A stretch of 60,000 nt of DNA from Laetmonice hystrix (lineage: Eukaryota): positions 10,294,001 through 10,354,000 of the forward strand of contig OZ249436.1 of the NCBI GenBank assembly GCA_965235115.1, in the 5' to 3' direction. Position 1 is the stretch's first letter. Each line of letters begins with the position of its first letter. Shown here in pieces: positions 12,700-29,551 of this stretch. Under the pieces are notes generated by a model. The model was given only the letters and a program-made list of their open reading frames with translations, did no database searches and was not told the DNA's origin. The position numbers and the translations under genes are program-made.

Positions 12700-15502
12700 T
12701 GGTGGAGGTGTGTCTATAATTTCTCTTACCATTTTCAGATTGGAATAACTTAAGAAAGGCGTGTCTCTATCGTTTACTGTTTCACAGAAAGTATTTCCAA
12801 TGCTTACGTAGTAATAACTATCTAATGTAATCAAATCTAGGCTCTATCGCGCATCATTCATTGCCTCAAACTCACGTTTTAGACCTAGTCCTAGGCTAAG
12901 GCTAAGCATGGCAGGCCAAGACCTCAGTAAAACCAAAACAAAAGTCCTATGGCCGTATAACAATGTACCCTGGCCTAGCCCTACTGCAACAAGTCAGTCC
13001 TTGGCCTTACGTCCATACGGACTCTGACCGTCGAGTTACAATACACCAGGACAGCGACTCAACGTTCAAATTAAGCGGTTGTCCGAGACAACCTAAAAAG
13101 TAAAATGTTGTCGGACAACCCTACTACTAGTACTAGCCTGGGGGTCCCTACTATTCCGGCAGGGTTGTCCAACAGACAACCTCCTTTTTTTGGTCTGGAA
13201 CAGTGGGCCGACTGCCTGCTTGATCGACTCACTCTGAGTTTTGTTTCTAATGTTTTGAACGGTCATCTGTGTGGAACATCTGCACAAGTTTAACTTTCAC
13301 TTGAACAAAGACTTAAATAGAATTTTCATGTTTTCTTCCTCAAATTCTAGCTTGGAAGTTTTCATAGTCTTCTATACCTTCCTAACTTGCCGTCTGACCA
13401 TGAATACCATGGGTGTCTTCTTCCTACAGCCACGCCACCACTCCATTCATATAATGAAAAATAAAAATTAAAACCTCCCCCTGACCTGGAAAAATTTGAC
13501 GAGGCGGACGCTAAACAAGTAACTTTTTTTATTTGGCCTTACGACCACATTAGGACCAAACTCAGATTTTCTCATGTTCTCTCTTGACCCACTTGCACAC
13601 CCTATTAATGGATTTTATGGTAAACTATTGTAAAAGTATACTGAACGGCAATGAAAACGCATGCTGTTCAGTATTATATATTCCTGTGCAATATAATCAG
13701 ACAGAGCCAATTTGGGAATGGAATCCAAGATATCCTGTCAATACTATTTTTAAAATCTTCATATTTTCAGGAAATAAAAAGATTCTTTGTCCGCCTGATG
13801 AAAATGTAAGTATATTATTACATACAAATGTATACGTTATCCTTATAAAGTTGGTGAAATGAACCAAAACATCCTTGAATATCGATATCTTATTCTATAC
13901 TGAAATAAAGGTTTCTGATTGCCAAACTATTGGGGGCTATTAAATGTTATTGCCCAAGTGATTATCCATTTAACCAAAGATATTGCTAATGATATTTGTC
14001 TTGGTTGATAGGGTTGATGGGTTACATTCCATCATCGTCACAGACAGGGATGGTGTACCACTTCTGAAAGGTAGGAGTCTTGTTTTCAATCCGGTTAGTA
14101 ATTTGCAAGATTATTTTTATAGATCTACTATTCTACCTTTTTGTCCTCAGGTATTAGTGGACCTGCCCCTTTCAGTATTTATATTAATCTGTGATTAAAA
14201 AAAATTCTGAATGAAATATTTCATTACAAATTTGTTGTCGGAAGGAAAAATTCAGTGTCTTTCTTTTATAGTGGCTGATGAACATGCTCCAGAACTGGCA
14301 ATGAGGTCTCGGTTCTTGTCAACATTTGGGATGACATCTGAGCAGGGAAGTAAACTTGGCCTGGGACTAAACAAGAGCATTGTGACAGTGTACGGGAACT
14401 ATCAGGTATGTGCAAATTTCTTATCTGTACTATTAAGCCTGTGATCCACCGATGCGGGCGGGCTGCGGGTGGACAGCGGTCACTCGCCGGCAAGCCTGCG
14501 GCTGGTTATTCGCCGGCTGCCTGCTGGCGACCGCCTGTCGTCCGCAACGTGCCCGCAAGAGTGCTGGAGCTGATCCACCGCTGCGAAAGCACTGCAGTCG
14601 TCCTGCGGCCGTCCATTGCCGCATGCTTGCCGTCGACAAAATCAGACAGGTTTGATATGTCTGCAGGTCGCTCGCAGGCGAAAAACGGCCTGCGGCCAAC
14701 CGCAGCTTGTCCGTCAGCTAAAATCCAAGATGTGATCCACCGCTGTGGTGGCCATGTGGTTGGGTGACCGCAAGGCGACCGCAAGCAAATTCGCAAGCAA
14801 TCCGCAGCCCGCCCGCATCGGTGGATCAGGATCAGGATCAGGATCGGTAAACTGTATTATTCTATGTAAAGATTTTAACTAAAATAGCTCTCAATCTGTA
14901 CATAGCATAGGTCAACCAAAGTAGATTTGATATGACCTTTAAGCTCAGGCTTGATTAAAATGTCCTCAAATAACTTGTTTTTAAGGCCTTGAAAATTGCA
15001 AGGCTATATATTAATTCAAATTCAGTATTAACTTCATAACTGCATAAGCCATTTCATTGTCCAGGTTGTGTGTTTAACCAAACCACCTCTGCTGGTGACG
15101 TTGGTGGCAAATTCACAAGCAAATACAGGCAAGTATAAAAATAAATGTTCTCAATTATTTACCAGCGTCTCTTAATTTAAAGATAGCCTTAGAAAGAATT
15201 ATATACCTACTCTTTTTAGCATTTGGCTGGGTTTCTCCTAGATCCTGATATGCATGTGACCCAGTCATATTTGTATTACAGGAAACGTATAATTCATTGT
15301 GGGTGGGCCATGGATGACGTGACATTGAGCCGTTTTATGGCACTACTACAGTGGCTGGGGGGGGGGGGGCTACTGTAGTCCCCAAAATAACCCAAACTGC
15401 AGTAAAGAAAAACTTACTACGATTTCAGGGATGATTCTTAGCCTAGAAAAAGAGATGGAAGACTCGCTTCAAGTGCTCAGGACAGCAGTGGACGTGTCAT
15501 AG
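12699..15502 (+). CDS. LAMTOR3: Ragulator complex subunit LAMTOR3 (MP1)
   Basis: Exons 12699-12707, 13771-13805, 14012-14070, 14272-14405, 15065-15128 (GC donor), 15429-15502 give MVEEIKRFFVRLMKMVDGLHSIIVTDRDGVPLLKVADEHAPELAMRSRFLSTFGMTSEQGSKLGLGLNKSIVTVYGNYQVVCLTKPPLLVTLVANSQANTGMILSLEKEMEDSLQVLRTAVDVS*, colinear with LAMTOR3 (DRDGVP, QGSKLGL, ANTG). Confidence 0.96.
14437..14847. mobile_element. GC-rich non-autonomous TIR element in LAMTOR3 intron 4
   Basis: 26-bp inverted repeat GATCCACCGATGCGGGCGGGCTGCGG (14443-14468 / 14802-14827); internal TGATCCACCGCTG repeats; (GATCAG)n stutter at the right end. Confidence 0.8.
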
Positions 15503-16305
15503 AAGGACGACTAACACATGGGCAGTGTTGATCATCATATACATGAAACTGTGATATATAAAGTTACACGGAGAAAAGGAAAACCTGCCCTTCTAGAATG
15601 GCATTGAGACTTCAACTTATGGTTCATAAATCATTGAATTGTGCCTCGATCCTGGAAGACAACTACTACACGTGTGTGCACTCAGTAATTCTGCAATAAT
15701 ACTACAAATAAACTGCATCAATCAGGTTAGGTCGCATATCCTCAGACAGTATTGAACTTAGTATCATGCATGTATAAATATTTAAAGTCTTTGATAAGGA
15801 GACCTCAACAGTTATGTGCAATTCAATAAATTACTTCAAGTGAATTTTAACTTATACAAATGTCATGTAGTTGTTTCAGGATCCATACGTTAGATCTAGG
15901 ATCAATTGAATTCCCTCTGCCAGTCTTTTTTGTACAATATATTTGCTTTGTACAGTTGAGGTAATCTGTAGATGCTGGAAAGATTGTAATTTTGCACGTT
16001 TGTTCAGTTTGTCAGTATGAAAGGTATTACTCTTCATAATAAATAATCCGACTTCTTTTTTATCCCATTATTTGTCTTCTGGCTCAGAAGTGGCATTTTT
16101 CAATTACCTGAAAAATCCTTAAATCCTTTGAATCCTTAAAATTGTTGTATAAAAATCCCAAGGCATGACCGTTTACCATGGAGTTTGGTCAAATTATCCA
16201 ACCACACAAGCGTTCCATAGGTGTCCATTGCTCAAATCAGTGTCCACCATGTAAGTTAGTGTCCAATGCATGAGTCAAATTACATTACTCATGTTACAAT
16301 ACATG

Positions 16306-16446
16306 CAGGGATGCCAGTCAGGGTCACCAACAAAAAACTGCAATTTATGGCAGAAGGATAGTAACAGTGAAATTACGATCGTCGTGCAGCGTGACCCAAG
16401 TCAAATGGCGCAGACCTTGACATCGGTCTAAAAACTGGCATCCCTG
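16306..16446. mobile_element. Small hAT-like TIR element
   Basis: Perfect 13-bp TIR CAGGGATGCCAGT / ACTGGCATCCCTG; no target duplication recognised. Confidence 0.5.
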
Positions 16447-17210
16447 TCATCCCAGATGTTCTTACTCATCAAAGGATGCTCTGACTAATTCTGTACGATG
16501 TACTCCTTTCTAAAGTGAAGACTTAGTATGGCAATATCGGCATAAAAAAAGTGAGAGCAATTTTTTTTTCATCCAACCCTTTCTCAGCTTGAATATTTTT
16601 ATTCTACTAGATAACAGTGATTATTACAGGAATTAAATCTTCAGCCAGTTAAAGACTATCCCTGGCCAGGATAAATAAAGGATTTTTTGTAATTCACCTG
16701 ATTTTTCTCATACTGTAATTTAGAATCTGAAGTATGGTAGTAGACTGATAAGTGGCATGAATACGACACCAGAGTGTATGGCCACTGGTTGCCCATTCCA
16801 AATGATGCTAATAAATACACATGTATTGAAAAGAATTGCTTTAATCAGACATAATTTCTTTAGTGTAAATGATGTTGGGCTGAATTTGCTGAGTGAATGC
16901 CAATCCTTGAGTTTACATTACAATCCAGTACCGTAGCGATGACCACTCACATTGTTGCCGCACCTTTTCAGAAAGGAATCTCATTGTTTCAGAAGCAATT
17001 ACAACAAACTCCTTTTCAATGAATTTCCAATGGAAATATTTTCAGTAAAATTATTTTGGATGCCAGCAAGTCATAGCAATAGTCCACTGAAGTCCAAGGC
17101 TTGCCTCTGATGCATTTTTCCCATACTTTAGGGAGCCTTCAGCTGCTTACCTTACTCAAATATACACGATTATAAAACTGTCACTACAATAGCTTTTGCC
17201 TTTTTTATGT

Positions 17211-19865
<2,655 letters not shown>

Positions 19866-20052
19866 GTTTCCTGTTCCTACTGCACATGCGCATATCATGA
19901 AAACAAACTTGTTTGGGGAGTCGTCCATGGCGGAGCACAGGGAGGGAGATGCAGGTAAAGTTAGGTAATGAAATTAACTAGTTAGTCTACTTCGATGGTA
20001 CTAATGACCGCCTTACTTGTTAAACACGCGTGTAAGAAGAGGAAAGGGTGCA

Positions 20053-22417
20053 ATGGGGAGTGAAGAGCCTGAAAGGATGCGTGAATTCATTAGAGATCGC
20101 CTTGAAGAAGACCGACTAGCTGCCGATTTGCAGTGGTCGCTGTTGGTGGCCGCTCAATGCAGTTACCGCTACGACTCCGTGTTGCGACCCTTCCCTCCCA
20201 TGTTCGCCGGCGATACCCCAGAAAGCAAAGATTACAAAGCCCTGGTAGGTGTATTGGGAGCAAATGTTAAAAGTCCAGGAAATTTATTAAGAACCTAAGC
20301 ACGTAACTATATAGTCTATGTCCTACGGCTACGGCCAAATAATTTTTGAAACGCATTAAAAAAGGCAGTGTAGATCTATATTTAGCCGGCATTTGGCAGG
20401 GTCATTTAGCTTCAATCTTATTGGATAATGCTCTAATTATGCGAAAATGGCAAATCGCTAAATTCGCTCAAATAAATACCTCACTAAGATTACTTATCAC
20501 CGTTTTCCATTAATCCATGGCTTAACAACCAGACTTTCTCTGTTTATACTGTAATTCATCATGTTATATTTTAGGAAAAAACTACAGAAAAACTACCAGG
20601 ATTTAATACATTGGTGGAAAATGTTGGCAGCATAGATGGCCGTCTCCTAGATTTACTTCACTGGGGGCTTAATCGAAAGACTTTCAGCCTTAAAACTTGC
20701 AATAAAAACATGGTAAGAAGAAAAGAATTGTATTGAAAATATATACTTAATATAAGAAAAGAATTCACGGGAAAAAGGTGAACAATTCTATATATTACAT
20801 ACCTGGTACGATGCACATTTTGCTTGATGTAGACCTACCGGGTACATATTTGTAAAACAAGAAACTGCATGGCATTACTAGATTAATTTCTAGGCTCTAG
20901 CACTTGATTTGTTAACTTAAGCATGAAGCTCAGATGTAAAACAAGATCAATCTGTAAGATATCTTTTTCTTCCAGTATGAAAAGATACAGAAGCTTACAG
21001 GACAGTGCTCTCCTGCGCCCAACCCAACACATATCTTTGAGGTCATTCCCTCTCCTGCAAATGAAGCAAAGTTTGAAGAAAAACGTGCTGGCAGGAACAC
21101 AATGTATGCCTATCATGGGAGTCGACTTGAAAACTTTCACTCCATTCTGCACCATGGACTTCAATCTCATCTCAATAAGGTAGAAACATTATTTTTGAAG
21201 ACCATTTTATTCCAAATAAGTGCATATAAAAAGATATTTACTCTCAAAGAAGCTGATGCATAACACCTTCAGAGACCACAGAGTATTTACAGTCTTCCAA
21301 GTGAGGCATACTTGAGAAAAAAACTTTTAAAGTTATCGTATTTTTCATTTTCCAGAATGCTCTATTTGGTGAAGGAACCTACCTGTCAGGTGAATTGAGT
21401 GTTTCAATGCCATATGCACCAACAGGAACATCTTGGGAACACAGTCTTATTGGTGACAGGATCAGTGCTATAGCAGTGTGTGAAATCATCAATGATTCTT
21501 CAGTCAAATGTCAAGTGAAGGGTAAGGATGGTTTTAGGAAGCATTCTTTAATTAAACTAGGTGAATGACAACAGGAGGGAAAAAAACTAGGTGGATGACA
21601 ACAGGAGGAAAAATATTTTTGACAAAGATTAATCAATACTAATATTAGATACAACCAGTCAGTTGTCCCAACACCAGCCCTACACACGCAGCTGGGGCCA
21701 CCGAGTTGCAGGTCAGGGGGGGCAATGTTTGTCTGGTCCAGAAATAACAACTTCAAAAACATCTACCTACAGAAGAATTATTGTAATGCTGCACAGAGAA
21801 CTCTCCATTAATGAAAATATGTGCTTCTTGATACAGACTATGATATTTGTTTAAATGTTACAGATAACAAGAATGGTAGTGACCGTAATCGAGCCAGAGC
21901 AGCAAACAGCATGGGGGGAGAGGTCCCTGAAAAATACTACATCGTGCAGAACAACGACATGTTGAGACTGAAATATGTTATCATCTATGCAGATACATCT
22001 AAACCTAGGAGGTACATTACACAACTGATTCTATTCTAATAGGAAATTTGTGCCTTCTGAAGCTGCTGTCTATTCTAATAGGAAGTTTGTGCCTTCCGAA
22101 GTTCAAATTGAAGACATGTCGAGGTGGGGAAACATAATGCTAGGTAGAATAGAAGACAACTTAATGTTTACCTTACTTTGCTACTGTATGTAATATAGCT
22201 CAAAGAAATCATGATATTTGACCTAACTTCTGTTTCACTCCTGTGAGCTTCTTGTCAATAGCGTTCTGGTGTTAAATGTTGCAGGGCGAGTCAGCCATCC
22301 TGGTTAACTCGCAATAGGTTTCCCGTCATGATGGTCCTCTACGTTCTTCTCCTGGTCTGTGTTGGTCTGTACAACTCCAAGACATTCCAGTATCAGCTGC
22401 GGCGATTTTTCAGGTAG
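20053..22417 (+). CDS. PARP16: Mono-ADP-ribosyltransferase PARP16 (tail-anchored)
   Basis: Exons 20053-20244, 20575-20712, 20976-21179, 21356-21521, 21863-22011, 22285-22417. Motifs AADLQWSL, DSVLRPFP, YAYHGSRLENFHSILHHGL, LFGEGTYL, PEKYYIV (H-Y-Y triad), C-terminal TM FPVMMVLYVLLLVCVGLYNS. Confidence 0.96.
22031..22101. repeat. 39-bp-period tandem duplication in PARP16 intron 5
   Basis: CTATTCTAATAGGAA(A/G)TTTGTGCCTTC(T/C)GAAG occurs at 22031 and 22070. Confidence 0.8.
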
Positions 22418-23391
22418 CAGCACTTCAAACTCTTTGAGAGAGGAACCACCAAACGGTGATACCACAACCATTGTGTTTATGGATTATGTCAGTAACTGTC
22501 CCAGAACTTACAGACCTGCCAAGCATTAGTCTTAGTCCCGATAAAATGAGATTACACACAGCAGTACCTCAGTGTGCATGCTGGTGCAGAACTTTAGGTA
22601 AATTTAGATGGAGTTACCCGTCATAAACAGAATGCTGCAGCCCTTTAAATGATGAAACTGGTGAAAGTGTTTGCGATATGTATGCATGCTTACAAGTCAT
22701 CTTAAGTGATAATGAAATGTAACCATCAGAGGTACCCCGGTACCCCCATGTATTTTTCGTTTGCCTTAAAATGCTGCCAATACTATTTACATCACTGTAT
22801 ATAAGTTCAATATCACAATTCAATACTTACATGATATACATGTATTTGATGTAACAAACTGTAATCTTTGCAAGAAATCCATGAAGAATCAGAAGAATAT
22901 TGATTTTCATAGAACTTGGGGAAATATTTTTATTCTAGTACCGGTACTTCAAATGTTACAGCAATCCACTGACAGTGACAGGCAAGCCGATTGTCCTTTT
23001 GTAAAATGCATTAGTCTGTTGGCACTGGTACTTGCCAGTTGCCACAAAGCATATCAGTCAGCTACCAGCAGGTCCACATTATTGTTTGATACCGTATATC
23101 GTTAATGTGCAATAATACACATTTTCAAACGAGTAATAGGATGTGTTCTATAGCTCTATAGATATATTATGTTATAAACATGACATTATGGGGCATGTAT
23201 TTGTAAAAGAAATATTTTAAATCAATAGAACCCTCTTTTTAACATAAATAAAGTTCCAAGAAATTCCTATTTTTGATGGTATGATTAACTGTCATATTTT
23301 TGTGCTTGGTTTCCACGTTTTTTTGCAAGTCAATGACTACCAGGTGGAGTTCCACTGTTAAGGGTAATCCAGAACCGTGCCAAGTTGTACG

Positions 23392-26300
23392 TTATGAAAG
23401 ACCAGCCCGCCAAGATGGTACAGCTCTGAAAGTATAGGCAATGTCAGGTTTTGTGACTAGAATCCTCATCAAATATTTACAAGCTGTATCTCTTTACAGT
23501 GGTTTAAAATTAGCCAGCATCATGTTTTTGTTCTGTGACCAGTTTGTCAAAACCTCCGGAAATGTACATTATAAAGGAGTTATTAGTTTAAGAGACGTGT
23601 ATATCATTGCAAAGGAATCTTCATGGCATTCTATCAAATTAATAAATTGAGTATTAATACAGAATAAGGCAGGAGTGATACAAAATATGTCAGGATCATA
23701 ACTTATAAACCGTTATTCCACATTTCCCCACCTGACCTGACATTTTGTCCCAGCGATAAGAACCCGTTAGTATGATATTTGAAGCCTTACCGATGTGGCA
23801 TGTGTAAGACGGGTCCACCTGAAACACTGTGGTCTTTTTGTCTCTCCTCCCAACCTTTTGTGGGTCGTAACAATCGAGATGGATCTCTCTCCACCTGGAC
23901 GCCGATCTACAACAGGGCATACATTATTTACTATACAAGAACATTATGTTCTACAAACTTTACTTTATAAAATTACAAAGGTGCATGACTTCATCACCAC
24001 CTTTAGTTATATCGGTTTAGCACGAAGTGCTCTTCGTGGCACTCAGACACGCTGGGACATGAGATATGCAAGCAAGGGTTAAACAAGTCTTGTTAAATCT
24101 TTGCTTGTAAAAGTTGTATAATTAGGTCCCAACTTGTCTGAATAGACACAGTTACCCTCTATTTTATTTTATTGTACCTTTCTGTACCTAATTAGGAGTT
24201 TCAGCATCATTGTAAAATAAATTAATGACATACTAAAACTACAAAAAGTTTTAACCTTAACATGAAACACCTGGAATATGTTCATACTGATGAGTTCAAG
24301 ATTCCCTTTTGACGAGGTCTTCCCCTTTATTTTAAACATCCTAGCTTTGACTCTCTTCATTGGACAAAAGTATTTGCAAATATTACCAGCACCACAATTT
24401 CAACAGAGTAAACTGAACATAATAAAAAAGTGGCATTCCACGTGAAATTGCTAGTGCTTAGCCACAGCTGTGTCCATAGGGGTACACTTGCTGCAGAGTC
24501 CCTGATCTTCTTCAATTGCCCAAAAATAATATTCATGCTGTGATCCCTTGAGCAAGGGTATTTGATTCCATAAAGTTAGCACTCTAAAAATCTACTTCTC
24601 AAGCAGACCCCTCAGCAGCACAGCTGCTGAAATGGTCCACTCTCGATGAACTCTCTACAATCAGCCCAGCTCATGGTAATAGCAGGACTCTATACCTGGT
24701 CTCGAAGTTGTTCCATTCTTCGCTTTTTATCCTTTTGAGCCTCTTCCTTTGCCTTTTTTTCCTCCACTTTAGATTTCAATTTTTGGAGGTCCTTGAAATT
24801 GAAAAAGTAATCCATAAAGAATAGTTTGAAAGAGTTTGTCAGTGTTCACATAATATAACTGAAACATGTCGAACATGTCCTAATCTGGGGCCCGTCTCAC
24901 TAAAGGCTGGTTAATAACCAGATCATTAAGTTAACATAGGAGTGAATGGAAGGCTGCTGGTTACTGTAACCAGCAGCCTTCCATTCACTCCTATGTTAAC
25001 TTAACGATCTGGTTATTGACCAGCCTTTAGTGAGACGGGCCTCTGTTGACTTAATGACTGGTAGTGGTAGTACTTTTAAGGGGGTTGCAATTTTTTTTTT
25101 AAATAATAAGCATTATCTATAATGGTAAGAATGGTAAGAATTATCTATATAGGTAAGAATGCTTCCCTTACCCGCATTTGGAACCTTTGCATCTCTTCCT
25201 GTCCTTGACGCCTTTTTTCTTCCTGTTCCATCTGTTTTACCAGGTCCATTTCAATCTTTCGGTCCCGCTCTTCTGCTTCCCGGGCAGATTTCATAACTAA
25301 TACCTGTGCCCGTACCTAAAACAATTTGGAATTGCTAGCTTCAAAGGTCTAAAGATTGCTTTGAGTGCAAACATTTTAGAAATGGAATTTAAGCTATTGT
25401 GGCTGTTTAGATCTGGTTAAGGATAGAACGAGACCATTGGCAGATGGTACTGGACCTGTGTATACCTGTTCCTGACGATGACGTTCTCTCTCAGCAGCCT
25501 GTGCCTTCTCCAATTCTCTCCTCATCTTGCTCTCTTCCTCTGCAGCACGTTCAAGCTCCTTCTCAACCTGAGGTATACATCACCAGGATAACAGTACGCG
25601 AGTAAAGGGTGCTTTATGTTATCATGGTATCTTAACACGATAATATAGATTATAGAACAGTATTGTCAAACTACCTTCCATGCATTTAACTGGCGTCGTC
25701 TTGCAATACGCTCTTCTTCAATTATCTTCTTTTTGGCCTCTTCCTTCAGCTTTTTTTCTTTTTCTTCCTTGTCTACTTCTTCAACTGCATCTATTACGTC
25801 CTCCTTTGCTTGCTATGAATATAGGTACAGTAATGGGAAAGAGAGCTACTTAATTCAAGGCATCATGCTTTTTGACAACACAGATGCCATTCAAACGAAA
25901 TTATTATGCTGTTATTCATACAGTTTAACTGTTCTACTTCTAGAACTTTGGGCAAGCACTTTGGATCTCATGGTTACCTATGTGACAACATTTCTATAAG
26001 ATAAGACACTCTCAGGTCACTCATTGAAAAGCAATGAGAACATCTTGTGAAAACTTGAGAATGTATAACCTCTTTCTCTTCCTTCCAGCGTTGTATGGCA
26101 CTTTTCTTGACATCATTAAGACGGAGATATTCCTGGTACCATCTCTCATGCTGTATCACTTCCTCCTCGGTTTTAGTCGGGAGAGATCTTGTTGCCTCTT
26201 GCAAAAAACTCGCCTTGCCCTGAAACAAGCAAAATTACTAGAGACCAAAGCCAAGGCACTGGATGAATTGGCTTCAAAGTTCAATGCCGTAACCTAAATA

Positions 26301-29300
26301 GCTACATTTAATTTCAAGTTGACTTTTCACTAAAATATTTGTGTCAATATTTGTTAAGTACAGCAAGCCCTGTACAATTGGACATTATGGTTCTGGTATT
26401 AGTGATAAGACTACCTTATGTCTGTTCCTGTACTTAAGAAATGTTCCATGGTCGTATTCATCCCAGCCTCCCCTGGGTCCGCCACTCTCAACCATAAATC
26501 GCTGAAATGATACAGACCTGTACAAAATCCTGTTATTTTTCTGTACTGGATAGGCCTCTATTTGAAATCTCATCCTCACGTATACATCGACAGAGTATGT
26601 GAACACCGTGGGACCGACGGCCCGAGACCCGCTAAAAACCCGTCGGTCCGACAGACCTTCCCATTTAGCAGGCCCGATTGTCCCGCACACATTTGGCTGT
26701 TATGTACCCACCTAAGTCCCAAGTAGGCATCGATTGAGGAGAAGCTGCTCCACAACATGCAATAGACTCCACTACACTGTCCTTTAGCCAACCAGAGCAC
26801 AGATATACATTTTATATTTATTTATACATTTATTCTATTGCACCTGGTAATGACACCAGCATAATAAAGACGTGTTATATTCATGAGCATGGGTTTTGTG
26901 AAATTTTTGAAAAGTGACGTATTTCAGTAGGTCAGACAGAACTCTGGTAGGTCCCCCAGACTTGTTACTTCTGCAGGACCGCAGGTCCTGCAGAAATTTT
27001 GGCACTTTCACATACTCTGCATCGATACACAGCACTTTAATTCTGAACATGGATTTCTTTCTTGCTGATTAATTCTAATGTTTCTGATATACCTTTCCAA
27101 GATGGATCAGAGTGGATAGAACTATTTGTTCCTCTTCCTCCCTCATACCATACTAGTCCCAGAAAGATCCTTTCATAATCTCACATGTAAAGTACCAGTA
27201 TCTTATTTCATCAACTTGAGTTAGGGATGACAACCTGAAAAAGCTGCATCATCACCTCAAAGCTTGCGACCTCCGGAGGAAGGTCTTTAGTTATATCTCT
27301 ATGGGAGGTCGGAGCAGGCCCTGGCTTATTCTTCTTCTGAATAACTATGGCAGGAATCGACGACCATGACTCAAAGCGCTGCTCCAGTGCTGATACCTCC
27401 TGGTTAGTCAGGCGCTCCTCATTCAACAGTTCCTCATACCTGACAGAACATTTTAGTCTGAATATATTATGGCTATAAGTTATAACAGTGATGGCATCAA
27501 GGGACATCAATGGGTTTTATAAAAAAACAGAATTCTATTACATACAAGTCTGAAATTGATAATTAATTGTAAGACAGTTCATGAATGATCATTGCAATGG
27601 CAATATTATGTGTTTGTTATTTTCAATTGCAAAAATTCCTTACTTGATTTTTTGCTGCTCTTTAAAATGTCCTATCTGACCTTCAATATCTTCCATTATC
27701 ATCTTGAGTTTCTCCACAACTGGAAAAGTTATGATTTTCACACACATCATTACTAAAGTGACAACAGACAAAAATCAATTACTCAAATAAAAAGCATCAT
27801 GTATTTCCAGCTTTAAAAATTTTGTTGGGCTTGATGTATTAAAGAAATATCTGAACCTCTTTAATTTATAGGTTGTATGGTCAAGGGAGAATGTAAGCAG
27901 AATGCATTCATTCAGAGCAAATGAAATTCTGTTAAACCTGACCAGCACTGAATAATTTCTGACTATCATGGGCAAATAGAGACTTACTGAGCTAAAATAG
28001 CGTCATGAATGAAAAGGTCTATGCATTATGAAACACTGCTAAGCTTATGGGAGCAATGTCATTCAAAAATTGCTCTTACATTCCGGTGTTGGGCGTACTT
28101 CTTGTAATTCTCTGCGAAAGTTACGGACCTGAGCCTTTATTTTAGTGATTTGCTGGACTAGTCTTACACCTGAAAACAAATCAAAATATAAAACATGTTA
28201 TAAAACAAGTTTTCGATTATTCTTATAGTAGATGGAGAAAATTTACCGACATGCATGAAGTATTCCCTGGTGTTAAAGCATCTATAGGCCTCTAAGAATC
28301 AGAAATTGGAATCTCACCAAATTTATTTTAAAATTACCTGGGGTTTAAAACAATCACTTTATCAATTTTTTCTCCCAATTTTTCATGCATTTTATACTTA
28401 AAACTCAAAAGAATCAAATCAGGACATATGCAAACCAGCATTACTGAGCACTAACTTGATGGATGAAATGCTCCATCTGCAAATAATGTTTCAATTATCC
28501 CAACTTACGCTCATTTTTTAAATCTGCCTGTATTTTTTGGTCTATTTCTTGAAGCTGACCAAAATCTCGTAGAAAATCACTTCGCTTACTGTAAAGACGT
28601 GTTGCCTTCTCACTTTCAGCTGTTTGAAGTCTGAAGAGCAAGAATGGAATATAAAATGAAGACAAACAAAATTAATCATTAGACCTACAAATTATAATGA
28701 CACACTATGTACAGTGACTAGCGACAGGAAACAATGTGTCTAGGTTTGGGTTAAGGACAATTAAGGTTAGGCCTAGGGTTAGTGTTAGTTTAGTCTCAAA
28801 CTGGTTGTTAATTAGGCACTAGTAATTAGATATTACACCAGTTTTCCAGAAGACATCGACCACAAGAAATCCACTGGCAGCAAAGCCACAAAATACCGAA
28901 AACGCCGGATTGGGGGGGGGGGGGGGTTTAACCCTATCCACCGTGCTTTTGGTAGATCTAGTTTCACTGTTTTCGGTAGTTTCGCCATGTTTTCGGTACT
29001 TAGTGTGCACACTTGCCTTATTTTAATCTGGTGAATTTCTTTAATGACTTCGGTCTTTTTAGCTTGTTCTGACTTGGTGAAGCCTCCAGCCCCATTGTTC
29101 ACCTGCAAAATAGTAACAGCAAGTTAGATCTAGTAAGATTCTAACCGTACCAACGTTAGATCTATGACTATTCGTGTACTCGCTGATCGGCCACCGACCC
29201 ACTCTCAGTCTCAGGCCACTAGTACCAGTTGGCACTGGCACTAGTGGCAGTCAGCCTACATCGGCTACACAGTCCAGCAGCTGCCGTACTACTACACTGG

Positions 29301-29551
29301 CACCCACTCGGGCCACTGCCCTGGGAGCGTCCCCAACAACCGCAGTGCCAAGTCTGGCAGTGGCCGGTTCAGTTCATCGAATTTCCCTCCGAGAATTGCT
29401 GTTGTCATTATCATTCCTGATGCTAGTAACGATTTCCATTATTACATTTCTCCATTTGTTACACATGTATGCTATAATTCAATGCATATGTGGCTTTTAA
29501 TGAGAGTAAATAGCCGCAGATAAAGAATACCTTCGCCTTTGATGTGGCCAT
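23392..29551 (-). CDS. CCDC112: Coiled-coil domain-containing protein 112
   Basis: 14 phase-consistent exons: 29551-29531, 29102-29017 (GC donor), 28630-28509, 28169-28080, 27719-27644, 27439-27256, 26501-26415, 26219-26070, 25812-25675, 25567-25466, 25315-25172, 24791-24696, 23906-23791, 23425-23392. Motifs PTPEFVEKL, GGPRGGWDEYDHGTFLK, HERWYQEY, RDPSRLLRPTKGWEER, PHRAVPSWR. Exon 1 is the least certain. Confidence 0.93.
24888..25042. mobile_element. Palindromic Harbinger-like MITE in a CCDC112 intron
   Basis: Near-perfect ~77-bp-arm hairpin GGGCCCGTCTCACTAAAGG...CCTTTAGTGAGACGGGCCT with 3-bp duplication CTG (24885-87 / 25043-45). Confidence 0.88.

Noticed and set aside
14408..14796. Several overlapping ORFs in LAMTOR3 intron 4
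   Set aside because: Arise from the GC-rich TIR element; no transposase motifs.
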